From Azolla caroliniana (lineage: Eukaryota > Plantae > Polypodiophyta), in contig JBHGNT010000017.1 in NCBI GenBank assembly GCA_043228905.1, forward strand, positions 8,680,001 to 8,744,000: DNA of 64,000 nucleotides, given 5' to 3'. Every line of letters starts with the position of its first letter. Position 1 is the stretch's first letter. Shown one piece after another: positions 53,705 through 64,000 of the stretch. Both the position numbers and the translations under genes were made by a program. The notes under the pieces were generated by a model. The model worked only from the letters and a program-made list of their open reading frames with translations. It did not search any database and was not told where the DNA came from.

Positions 53705-56700
53705 AGTGTTACCCGGACCCGGACAGTCAGTTTTACCGAACAAGTGGGAAAGCGTCGAAAACGGAGTCGGTTCGGATCGACTGTTCGGATCAATGACTCA
53801 GCAGTGAACAAAGAGAACTAAGTTAGTTAGATAATTTTGTAATTCTTGATAGTAAGTAGGAATAGTTCTTGATGAGAAAAGACCTTCGGTATACCTATAA
53901 AAGGGAACCGAAGGCATTGTAAGAAAGGTCGCTTATTTAGTAATATAAGTTTAAGTTAGGAATATCATGTACGGATTCTGTGTTCTTTCTATTGTCTATG
54001 TTGTTAAGTGCAAGCTTCCTAATTTATAACTAAGTAACGATCACGGTAATTACTGATTAATATAGTATAATTCCGTTCGTAAAACACAATTCCTTGTTAG
54101 AACGTTGAGTAGCGACATTCACTCTTCTGTATCGGTAGTAGTTAGTAATTAGCCGATTAACATGTACACGGAGGCAGATCGGCCCCATGGGCGTGGTGGA
54201 CGAGGCAAGTCGGCACGCAATGGAGGCGGCTGGCAAGGGCAAGACCGACGGCACAGAGACCGTGCCGACAGCAGTTCCAGGACTTCCACAAACAGGGGGA
54301 GTCAAGGCGGCGCCGGAAGCCGGCAAGAAAAATCCGCCACGGAATGTTGGTACTGTGGTAGAACGGGCCACAGAGAAAGCGAGTGCTGGAAGAAGCGCGC
54401 CGATTCAGATAAATCTGGATCCGGCAAAACAGGTCACGAGAATCGGCAAAGCTCGCACTACGCACAAGGATCGAGAGGATCCGGAACCGGGAAGACCGGT
54501 AAGGGGCCGGCCTTGATGATGAAGCATGAGGCAAACTCAATGAAGACGACCACTTCCAAATCGGAGGAAGTGTGGTACGTTGATTCCGGTGCGTCAAATC
54601 ACATGAAGAGCCACAAAGAGTGGTTCTCCTTCTTGGAGAAACCGAAACAACCGGGAGTTGTCGAAACCGGAGACGACACTCCTCACCCAATCGTGCATAT
54701 CGGAGAAGTTCCCCTGAGCCACGTCGGATAGAGGGGGAAGCTAATGAACATATTACACATTCCAACTATCACGAAGAACCTGGTATCGGTCGGATAGATC
54801 GTCGACCAGGGAATGCAGGTGTGGTTTACGCACCTCGGGTGCTTCATCGAGGAGGAGGGCCAGATTATCGCACAAGGGCGCAAAGATGGGAGGATGTTCA
54901 TCCTCGACACCAATGACGTCGGCACCTCCTTGTTCGCCAAAGGACAGAAGGTCGAATCGGACATCGACCTATGGCACAAGCGGATCAGCCACGTCAATTA
55001 CCGGCGGCTTCAAGACTTGCAAACGAAACAAGTTGTTTTCGGTTTGCCAAAGTTTAGTGGCCGGAAGGCTCAAGTATGTGAAGCCTGCCAACTCGGGAAG
55101 CAACACCGGCTTCCATTCCCCGCCGAACAAAACCGTATCCGTAACAAGCTCGACCTTATTCATTCGGATGTATGGGGACCGGCACAGAACGTGAGTCTTG
55201 GTGGGAGTCGATACTTCGTCTCCTTCATTGACGACTATAGCCGGCACACGTGGATCTACCTCATTGAGTGGAAGAGCAAAGTCTTCGACTGTTTCCAGAA
55301 CCTCCAGAGCATGGTGGAACGGGAATCGGAGAGGAAGATCAAGTGCCTGCGGTCAGATGGCGGAAAAGAATATTTTTTCGGTCAATTCAACAATTATCTA
55401 CAACAAACAGGAATTCGGAGAGAGTTCAGTTGTAGATACACACCGGAGCAAAACGATGTGGCCAAAAGGAAGAACCAGTCACTTGTCGACGCGGCAAGGG
55501 CAATGCTGGAAGAGAAGAGCATGCCCCATTTCTACTAGGCGGAGGCGGTCCGAACGACCGTCTACATCCAAAACCGGATCGGTGACAAGGTGTCCGTGCA
55601 TGAGCTGTATTTCGGGCACAAGCCGAATTTGAGACACCTTCGGATTTTCGGCAACATAGCATATGTGCATGAGCCAGATGAGAAGTGGAGGAAGCTAGAT
55701 GCAAAATCGGAGAAATGCATCCTCGTCGGCTACTCACATGAGCAAAAGGGGTATAAGTGTTATAACCCCCGGACGAAGCAGGTCTGAGTTAGCCGCGATG
55801 TTGACTTTGATGAGCCAGCATCATGGTATCCCTTACCAGCTCCAACTTCTAACCCCGACCCGATACCAGAGGATGAGGCTAGTGAGCTTGAACTGGTCCA
55901 GTTAGAAGATGATGAATCCGGGACTCAAGAAGAGAGTCCGGAATCGTTTTGGTTGAGTGGGTCGAACGAGAGACTGGGTCAATCCGACCAGTCAGAAGAA
56001 GAACCGACGAGTAGTGAAGACTCTACCGTGCTCTCTCTGCGCAAGGAACCGAGGAGACGGTTCACGCGCAAAGAGAAGGGGAAGAAGAAGATGTCGGATT
56101 ATGGAACCAGTATTGATGAGTCGGATCGGAGCGGATCCGACTCCGGAAAGGAAAATGACGGTTCTTCGGCACTGAAGACCGAACCGGCCAGGAAGGGCCT
56201 CAAACCGGGTAATGGTGGGTTACACCGGTCAACCCGCCAGAAGGAACCTGTTAAACGGTACGGGTACAATGAGTACATGGTGCATCACTATGCGTACATG
56301 ACCAAGGTGCTGGAAGTGCGTGAGCCGCTGAGCTACGCAGAAGTGGCAAAGGACACACATTAGTGTGCCGCTATGGAAGAAGAGGTGCGGGCACTTGATG
56401 CCAACGATACATGGGAATTGGTTGACCCTCTCCATCACAGTAAACTGATCGGATGCAAGTGGGTGTACAAGGTAAAGTACAACGCCGACGGTTCAGTTAA
56501 CCGGTACAAGGCCCGGTTAGTGGCGAAGGGATACACGCACAGACCCACGGAATCGACTACGACGAGACCTTCGCTCCAATAGCGAAGATGACGACGGTTC
56601 GTGTGGTGTTGGCGGTTGCAGCGGCAAGGGGGCGGCATCTTCACTAGATGGATGTGAAGAATGCATTTCTTCAAGGAGATCTTGAAGAAGAGGTCTTTAT

Positions 56701-59150
56701 GATACAACCCCTTGGTTTCCAAACGGAGATGAACAAGTCGGCGGTATGCTGGCTGAAGAAGTCACTTTATGGCCTGAAGCAAGCCCCCCAAGCTTGGAAT
56801 GCGAAGATTACGCACCGGTTGCGTAAGATGGGGTTTGCGGCCTCCAAGTCCGACTCTTCGTTGTTCATCCGGCAAGGTCCGGACGGTCCGGTTTGCATCT
56901 TGTTATACGTTGATGATCTAGTCATCACCGGACCCGGACTCAATGAAATCAGCCGAGTCAAGTCCCAGTTGTCGGATGCGTTTGAGATGAAGGACCTGGG
57001 GGACCTTCACTGTTTCCTTGGGATCGAGGTGATCCGAACCCCCGACGGCATATTGCTCTCACAAAGGCACTATGTGTTGAATATGTTGTACAAGTTCGGC
57101 ATGACGGAATGCCGACCTATCTCTACTCCCCTGGACCGGAACCAGAAGCTCCGTCCCGACTCCGAACCGGCCTGCGATGAGAAACGGTTCCGAAAAATTG
57201 TCGGAAGCCTTATATATTTGACCATCACCTGACCCGACATCAGCTATCCGGTCGGTGTGATTAGCCAATTCATGCAGAAGCCGACCGTAGAGCATCTTCA
57301 GTGCGTGCACCAAATATTGCGGTATGTGAGCGGTACGAAGGACCGAGGTCTGTTATACCAACGCGGTATAACCGAAGAGTTGGTCGGTTACACAGATGCC
57401 GACTAGGCCGGTGATGCATCAGATCGCCGATCAACCTCCGGTTATATGTTTTCCCTAGGTAGTGCGGATGTTGCGTGGAGCAGCAAAAAGCAGCCAACAG
57501 TTGCTCTATCGAGCACTAAGGTTGAGTATTGGGGCGCTACCATTGCCACCTGTGAAGCCATTTGGCTTCAGCGACTGCTGCAAGACCTACGGATCGGGGT
57601 ACTGACCCCAATTCTGATCTACTGCGACAACATAAGCAGCATGCAGTTTGCCAAGAACCCCGTATTCCATGCTCGCACAAAGCACATCGAAGTGCACTAT
57701 CACTTCGTGCGTGAGCGTATCCTGAGCGGTGAGGTGAAACTTCGGTATGTTCACACGGATCGGCAAGTTGCCGACATCTTCACCAAACCGCTCGGATCGG
57801 ACAAGTTGCAGCACTTCACCGAAATTCTTGGTATTCAGCATCTCGACGTGCCACACTTGAGGGGGAGAACGGGCAAAGACACCAAAACGGGCAAAGGCAA
57901 AGAGACTGCAGCTTGCGCCGGTGAGGGAAGAACCGACAAAGGGAGAGTCAAGAAGAAGAAAGGAGCCGAGTCGACAAAGGAAGTCAACACATCCGAACAA
58001 GTCGGAACAAGCGGTAGCGGTGGCAGAGTCAAGAAGGACAGAGTCGACCATAAGAAGAAGGCCAAGACCCGGACATGGTCCGATGTGGTGAAGGGCCTGG
58101 AACCAGAAGACGAATCGGGAGCAACCGATTCGGACAAGAGCTGGAACGAATCGAAGACAGTTGATTCAGCTCAACAGACAGATTTGGAAGAACCGGATCA
58201 ATTCAAGGCCAAGAGGACGAGAAGGCAGCGAAAGTCAACGCCAACACGAAGGAATCGGCGAACCGGCACACGCCGAAGTCACAGTAGCGAGGGAGCTTAA
58301 TTGGGCCTGTTGAGCAGACAAGCCGACCGAGGAGGTCGAGGTGCGCAGAACAAGAGGGGTCACGGCAAACAGAACCAGACCGGACAAGGAGCACGAGCAA
58401 GGCGGAGTGACGCCAGAAGGAGCCGGGTAGAAGGACCGGTTTCCACAGACGTTGACACTACGACCGGACCTCAAGTTGATCTTGAGGGGGAGTGTTGAGC
58501 GGCAAGCTCAATTGGAGCCGGATCGGCTGAATAAGCCTGAGCTGGTGAGCGAGATGGATCGGTGAGCCGATGAGCACCCGATGAGCAAAGAGTCGGTGAG
58601 CTGGGGAGCCGGTCAGCCGAATCCATCAGTAACCGGAAGCTTAGCAGCAGCTAGACTACTAGGGAGTTATTACTCTCGTACTTAGTGTCAAGCGCTCGAG
58701 TGAGCATTGAAGTACACCGTACTTCTGTCAGTCCGTATGGACTTGTATAAAAGTGTTCTGTTGTCTGTCTGGCCAGACTAGCCTCAACACAGGTGTCTAT
58801 CCGACACTTCTCCAAAGGGGTGGTAAGGATTGGATGCTAGGTTACACGCATAAGATGATTACAATTAAGCACGGACGGCAAACAATACGAGATACAAATA
58901 AATACGCAATAATCACTATTGTATTACTTTCGTCAAAACACTTTACAAATCATCGGATCCTTTTATAGGCATCCGGCAAGGTTACAATCGGTGCGCTTAG
59001 GCAACCGACATCCGAATCGGTCCGGATCCGGATCGGTACAACTGTACCGGATCCGTCCCTCCGAATAATAATTCTACTATTATTTACTTCCTATTATCCG
59101 ATCCGATTCCGCCTTCCCACTTGTCCTTGCTCTTCTGACCGGCCAACACA

Positions 59151-59190
59151 TGGCACGCCCGTGGGAAAGTGCCTTGCACTTCGAATCCAC
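59151..59190 (-). other. tRNA-Arg-like 3'-half module at the PPT position (copy C)
   Basis: Minus strand GTGGATTCGAA-GTGC-AAG-GCAC-TTTCCCACGGGCGTGCCA, then TG, then the LTR TG. Confidence 0.85.
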
Positions 59191-59198
59191 TCCCGGCC

Positions 59199-62100
59199 TC
59201 AGTCTTCCTCCAAAATATCGAGCACACTCTGCTCGATGGTGTCAAGTGGTGCTTCTTCCTCCTGTTCCTGTTCCTTGCCTGCCTGGTCTCCGACCTCCGG
59301 TTGGGTGGGCTGTTCTGTAAAAATTTGCTGCTCCGGCTCTGCTTGATTCTGTGGTGCCGGTGCTTCCTCACCTCTTCGTCCGGGTTCTTCCTGTTCTCCC
59401 TCCGTTCCTGGCTCTGTTCTGTTACCAGTGTCGCTTTCTCCGGTCTCGATTGGTCGACTCGATATGCCTCCTTCCTCTGCTCTAGTGTCTTCCGGTCTCA
59501 GCTCTTCTTCTTCCCCGGCATCGGTCCGCTCCTGCTCTTCTTCAAGTTCGTCTTCGGGTATTCCTCGTCGGGGTTGTTCGGTGTCGGTTGGTTCATCTTC
59601 AGCCGGTCGCGTTCCCTCACCAATAGTGGTTGGCGTCGTTCTTCCCTTAGCTTCCTGTCGTAACCGGTCTTGCTTGTATCTCTCCAACTCCAATTGAGTT
59701 GCGAGCTGCCCGTCATCCAACCTCTCTACCAACCCTCGGATTTCTTTGAGATGTTCTTCCGCTAAAGTGTAGAAATCTTCCGACAATTCTTCCCGAATGG
59801 CGACGATACTTTCCTCATCCATCTTGTAGAACTTGTCACCGGTCTTCCTCCGATTCTCGGCATCCGCTCGGAGTGTCTGCAGCTCAGCTGCCTGTTGTGA
59901 CCACTCCTTCCATAGCTTTTCCGTACTTTCATTGATGCTTGCCTGAGCTCGGGTACTCCATCCTGACATGATGAGCTTGATCCGGTCAACCCCTGCCTTA
60001 GCATGCGCATAAGTTTCCTGCTTTTCCTTCCTTGCCCATTTTATAATGTCGGCCATTATCTGAGCCTGGGCCTCGTAATCTGCTTTCTGCTTTTCATAGG
60101 TACTCTGCAGTTTGCTGATCGTGAAGGTCGATTTTTCCTTTTCTTCATTCCTGATCTTGGTCAGGTCCAGCTTTTCCCGCCTTAGCGCCTCTAATTCCTT
60201 CCTTCTCTCCGTTGCTTGGGCTATTTCCGCCGACAATGCTTCCTTGTTGGCACTGACCTCATCCATCGCCTTAGCCAGGTCTAATCGGGTCTCTTTGAGC
60301 TGCTCTTTCAGCTTCTCTATTTGCCGGTCGTAGTCTGCTGCTCGTTTTTTGTTGTCCGACTCGGCCTGCTTGTGATCTCGGTAGAGACGGTCGAAGTCCT
60401 CCGTCTTCTGCTTCAGGCGTTGGGATGCCTGAGCTCTTAACCGATCATCCCGGTCCTTCTGTTGTCGGAGTTCTTCCTGCAGTTGTTCTATCTCTTGCTC
60501 GGCATGTCGACGTAGTCGGTCCTTCTCCTTCTGCAGCTTCTCTTTTTCTTCTTGCAGTCGGTCATTAGCGGCTCGACCTTTCCGGAGGCCTTCTTCCATT
60601 TTTTGTCTGTCATCCTCCACCGCTTTCCGCTGCTCCCTTTCTCTTTCCCTTAATGCCTCCTGAGCTTGTAACTCCTCTCGTAAGGTTTCTATTATTTTTT
60701 CGGTCTCAGGGCCGGTTTGCAAGGCTACCGGTTCCGGTTCCGGTTCTGGTTGCTTCCTTGTTGTCCCGACCGGCTCGGTGACAGCTTGTGCTTGTTGAAT
60801 TCCTTCCCTTGCCTGCAACAGCTCCCCTTGCATTTCCTCGATCTGTGTTCGGAGCGCGACCAACTCCTGAGTTGTTGTATGCGTCAGCTGTTGCCGACAC
60901 GTTTCTTCTTTCTCTAACTGGTCCGCTACTCCCAATAACTGCTCCGAAAGCCATCTCAGCCATTGTGGCTTTGTTCTTCCGGTGTCGGGGTGGCCTTGCT
61001 CACTTAAGTCAGGCTGATTTTCCGGCCTCTTCTCTGGTTCCAGCTCCGGCGCTTGTTCCTTCTTCTTCTCTGGGATGACCGGTTCTCTGAAATCCGGCCC
61101 AACCGGTGTCGGTGCTGCTTCCCTGGGTACGGGTTCCGGTGCTGGTTCCGCCTCGGCTACTGAAGATGGTCCTTGCGCCCTCTGCTGAGTTCTGTCCACT
61201 GGTGGAGCCGGTCCTTTCGCCCGTTTCTCCCGACCTTGTCTTGCTGGGAGTCTTACTAGTGGTTCGGATGAGTCTTCTGTTTCAGTTTCCTCCTCCGGTG
61301 CGGTTACCAGACGGACCTTTTGTCTAGAGACCTCTGGTTCCGGTTCCGGCCGTCGCAGCGTTATATGGATTGGTTTGCGCGCTACCGGTTCCTCCTCAGC
61401 CGCTTTCCCTTTGCCTTTACCTGCTGGTTTTGCCTTTGTTGCCGGTTCCTGTTGCTGTCGGGATGGTCCTTCCCCCTGCTGTTCTGCTTCTTGCTGGGTC
61501 CATCCGGGGGTGTGTTTCTCCAAGATCTGTCGGCGCTTTGTGACCTTTTTCGGCGTCGTCTCCTGCCGACCTCTTTTCTTTTGTGTGATGGGGAGCACCG
61601 ATGGGACTAACACCGTTAGCCATTGTGCTATCCCGGCCCATGGCTTTTTTCCTTCCACAAGATTTCTGATGGCCTTCTTCAATCCTTCGGTTATGAAATG
61701 GAGACAGTCTATTTGTAAGCCCTCGTACACTGCTATTAAGAACGTTGCCCGGTACTTGGCTTTGGCTAGGGGACGGGGATTCACGAATCCATATTCCATC
61801 ATAGCGCGGGCCACTTCTCCGAATAGCAGGTTCTCTCCGCCCTGCGTTCGGTACGCCTTGCTGCTGATAGAGTATTCCCCGAAATATTCGAACATGATTT
61901 CACTGGAAGGGTTTTCGATTGTTTGAAGTCCTCCTGCCTTGATCCCCGTGAGCGCCTGCACCGCTCCTTCCGTGACTTCTGATATATCGATCGATGTTGC
62001 CGCCTGCTCTGGTTCTGCGTGTGGTGGAGCGTCGGCGATCCGCAGCAATCCTTTTAACCCGTTCTCCCTCATCCATTGGCGTGCCTCTTTCGACAGTACC

Positions 62101-62366
62101 ATTGTTTCGAATTCTTCGTCTGCTGCCTGTTGTTCGGGATCCCCCTGTGTGTGCTCTGTGCGTCGGGTCGCTCTTCTGTGCTTCTGAGCCTGTATGCAGG
62201 AAAATTCGTAAAAAGTGAGCGCTTCGCAGGCCTGTGTCTTATATAGTGGGTTGTGCCTCGAGCCGCCCTTTTTCGTTTCCCGCGCATGTTCCTCTCCCGC
62301 CATAATTAGTATATCCTTTCTTGTTTGCCGCGTGTGAGTGCCCACGTTCCATGCTTTAAATAGCAA
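59199..62366 (-). CDS. Intact extra 3' ORF of Gypsy C (probable start 62102): conserved N-terminal domain, disordered linker, long coiled coil, acidic tail
   Basis: 1055-codon open frame; YFGEYS..SKAYRTQGG motif shared with the other three copies. Confidence 0.85.
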   Translation of the reverse strand: MLFKAWNVGTHTRQTRKDILIMAGEEHARETKKGGSRHNPLYKTQACEALTFYEFSCIQAQKHRRATRRTEHTQGDPEQQAADEEFETMVLSKEARQWMRENGLKGLLRIADAPPHAEPEQAATSIDISEVTEGAVQALTGIKAGGLQTIENPSSEIMFEYFGEYSISSKAYRTQGGENLLFGEVARAMMEYGFVNPRPLAKAKYRATFLIAVYEGLQIDCLHFITEGLKKAIRNLVEGKKPWAGIAQWLTVLVPSVLPITQKKRGRQETTPKKVTKRRQILEKHTPGWTQQEAEQQGEGPSRQQQEPATKAKPAGKGKGKAAEEEPVARKPIHITLRRPEPEPEVSRQKVRLVTAPEEETETEDSSEPLVRLPARQGREKRAKGPAPPVDRTQQRAQGPSSVAEAEPAPEPVPREAAPTPVGPDFREPVIPEKKKEQAPELEPEKRPENQPDLSEQGHPDTGRTKPQWLRWLSEQLLGVADQLEKEETCRQQLTHTTTQELVALRTQIEEMQGELLQAREGIQQAQAVTEPVGTTRKQPEPEPEPVALQTGPETEKIIETLREELQAQEALREREREQRKAVEDDRQKMEEGLRKGRAANDRLQEEKEKLQKEKDRLRRHAEQEIEQLQEELRQQKDRDDRLRAQASQRLKQKTEDFDRLYRDHKQAESDNKKRAADYDRQIEKLKEQLKETRLDLAKAMDEVSANKEALSAEIAQATERRKELEALRREKLDLTKIRNEEKEKSTFTISKLQSTYEKQKADYEAQAQIMADIIKWARKEKQETYAHAKAGVDRIKLIMSGWSTRAQASINESTEKLWKEWSQQAAELQTLRADAENRRKTGDKFYKMDEESIVAIREELSEDFYTLAEEHLKEIRGLVERLDDGQLATQLELERYKQDRLRQEAKGRTTPTTIGEGTRPAEDEPTDTEQPRRGIPEDELEEEQERTDAGEEEELRPEDTRAEEGGISSRPIETGESDTGNRTEPGTEGEQEEPGRRGEEAPAPQNQAEPEQQIFTEQPTQPEVGDQAGKEQEQEEEAPLDTIEQSVLDILEED

Positions 62367-62568
62367 GTCCGCGCACGTCCTTCTTTAATGCATGGCGCCT
62401 CTTCGTTGCATGGTGGCACTCCCACCTCTTGTGATCTCCCCATCATTACGATGATTCGCGTCGATTTTGCCCACGTCATTTTTTTTTTCTTTTTTTTTTT
62501 CTTTTTTTCTTTTTTTTCTTCTTGGACCACGTCATTTGCTGGTCCCCCCCCGATTTGTTCGGGTCGGT

Positions 62569-63776
62569 TCATGTGGATACCGGATCCTTCTGTCGGTTTT
62601 CCGGGATAGTCTTCGTCAGTATCGGTGTCGGTTCTTCCTCGGTCCGAATATCTTCAGCAGCGTCTGTCGGTGTCGGTTCTTCCTCGGTCCGAATATCTTC
62701 AGCAGCGTCTGTCGGTGTCGGTTCTTCCTCGGTCCGAATATCTTCAGCAGCGTCTGTCGATGTCGGTTCTTCCTCGGTCCGAATATCTTCAGCAGCGTCT
62801 GTCGGTGTCGGTTCCTCATTTTGCCGGATTTCCGGGTTCCGCTTGAACGGGTTGGCTGGCATATTTCCTTTATACGGCTTTAGCCGAAATCCATTTGCCC
62901 ACTTGCCGATGACATCTCCAGACAACGTGCCAAGCTGATACGACCCATTGTACTCCTTGGTGATCCAGAACGGTCTGGTCCATCGAAACCGCAACTTTCC
63001 CGGCATGTTCCCCATCCTTGTCTGGAATAGTAGCACCGGTTTCCCGACTTCGAACTCCTTTTCATTGCCACGCCGGTGTCGGTCCACGAAGGCTTTTCTC
63101 CTCCTTTGCTCCAGTTCGAGTTGTAGTAAGCTGGCTATTCGGTTTTCCTCTAATTCCAACAGCGTTGCCAGCCGGATTCGTTCAGACTCGTTCTCACTTA
63201 AGCGCTCCTTCACCTGAATCCGTAAGCTGGGGATCTGGAACTCTACCGGCATGACCGCTTCTAACCCGAATGCTAGTCGGAACGGGGTTGTCCGGATGCT
63301 GGTTTTGTACGTTGTTCGGTACGCCCATAGCGCGCTTTGCAATTTCGTATCCCAGTCGGTCCGGTTCTCGTTGACGATTTTTCGTAGGATGTTCTGCAGA
63401 GTTTTGTTCGTTGATTCCGCTAGTCCATTGGCTTGAGGGTAGTAGGGTGTACTCTTTTTATGTACCACCGCGTAAAATGACGTCAGGCTTTCTACTACCT
63501 GCCCGAGAAAATGTCCTCCTTGGTCACTTATAAGCTCGATCGGGCATCCATACCGGCACCATATGCATTCGTACAGAAACTTTGCCGTGGACGCGGCCGT
63601 ATTGTCTCGTAAGGCCTTTGCTTCTACCCATTTGGTGCAATAGTCGGTCGCCACTATGACATACCGATTTCCGGTGCGCATTGCCGGTGGTTTGAAGGGA
63701 CCGACAAAGTCCAACCCCCACTTTTGAAACGGTTCTAAGGGCAAGACCGGGTGGTGTGGCATCCGGGCCTGCTCTG
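62569..63776 (-). CDS. pol: Integrase C-terminal part of Gypsy C pol
   Basis: [33 protein letters not shown]. Confidence 0.92.
62622..62813. repeat. 45-bp coding minisatellite, about 4.3 copies
   Basis: Unit TCGGTGTCGGTTCTTCCTCGGTCCGAATATCTTCAGCAGCGTCTG encodes EEPTPTDAAEDIRTE on the minus strand. Confidence 0.95.
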
Positions 63777-64000
63777 TGTCATGAGATGGCAAGACTCGAA
63801 CCCATGACCTTATGGTATATGGGTCGAGCTCTTAACCATCTCACCATCTATTGTAATTCATAGAATATTATTTTCATTTATGTTTTATTATAAGAAAGTA
63901 ATGTATATTCCAGATTTCTCTGGAACATTCTAGAAGCTTCAGGATTATTCCTGAGAACACTATAAAAGAAGGCACTAAGCATTATGTTGAACCAAATTGG
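63777..64000. mobile_element. Start of another insertion, probably an LTR, in the integrase of C
   Basis: Abrupt break in integrase homology, TGTCA start, AT-rich sequence with TATAAAAG at ~63961. Confidence 0.7.

Larger units (their letters stand above)
44798..54162 (+). mobile_element. Full-length non-chromovirus Gypsy A: LTRs 44798-45253 and 53707-54162
   Basis: 456-bp LTRs with about 4 substitutions seen; TSD TGTAC; tRNA-Arg-type PBS TGGCACGCCCGGT at 45265-45277. Confidence 0.97.
43649..58758 (+). mobile_element. Copia B: 5' LTR 43649-44096, iMet PBS 44097-44108, disrupted polyprotein split by Gypsy A, PPT 58484-58492, 3' LTR from 58493 interrupted by Gypsy C
   Basis: PBS TGGTATCAGAGC; CWYCGRTGHRESEC, WYVDSGAS, LLYVDDL, HARTKHIEVHYH; matching LTR starts TGTTGAGCGGCAAG. 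Confidence 0.95.
58759..63776 (-). mobile_element. Non-chromovirus Gypsy C, 3' part: integrase, extra ORF, 3' LTR 58759-59148
   Basis: TG...CA LTR inserted in the Copia B LTR; open integrase core and open extra ORF; interrupted at 63777. Confidence 0.92.

Noticed and set aside
59199-62366. env gene or captured host myosin/SMC gene
   Set aside because: No signal peptide or transmembrane segment, no motor or ATPase motifs, and present at the same position in four elements.
62622-62813. CRISPR-like array
   Set aside because: Contiguous in-frame repeats with no unique spacers, in a eukaryotic TE.

Overview
Land-plant nuclear DNA; the transposon types suggest a seed-free plant such as a fern, which is inference. 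One 8-exon host gene (5971-9897, 657 aa, At3g26950-like, possibly a GT-B glycosyltransferase) lies among decayed TE remnants. It is followed by about 49 kb of nested LTR retrotransposons: four Copia copies or fragments, one tRNA-Trp-primed Gypsy (a second relic of this type lies at 1-3021), and four diverged copies of one non-chromovirus Gypsy lineage with a large extra 3' ORF. Main observation: these four Gypsy copies have no polypurine tract. In its place, exactly 2 nt before the 3' LTR, each has a ~40-nt tRNA-Arg-like 3' half ending in CCA, with a covarying hairpin inserted in the T-loop. This suggests a tRNA-type plus-strand priming system that I do not recognise from described elements. 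Several other LTRs contain tRNA-like A/B-box cassettes. All coordinates were read by eye and no database search was run.
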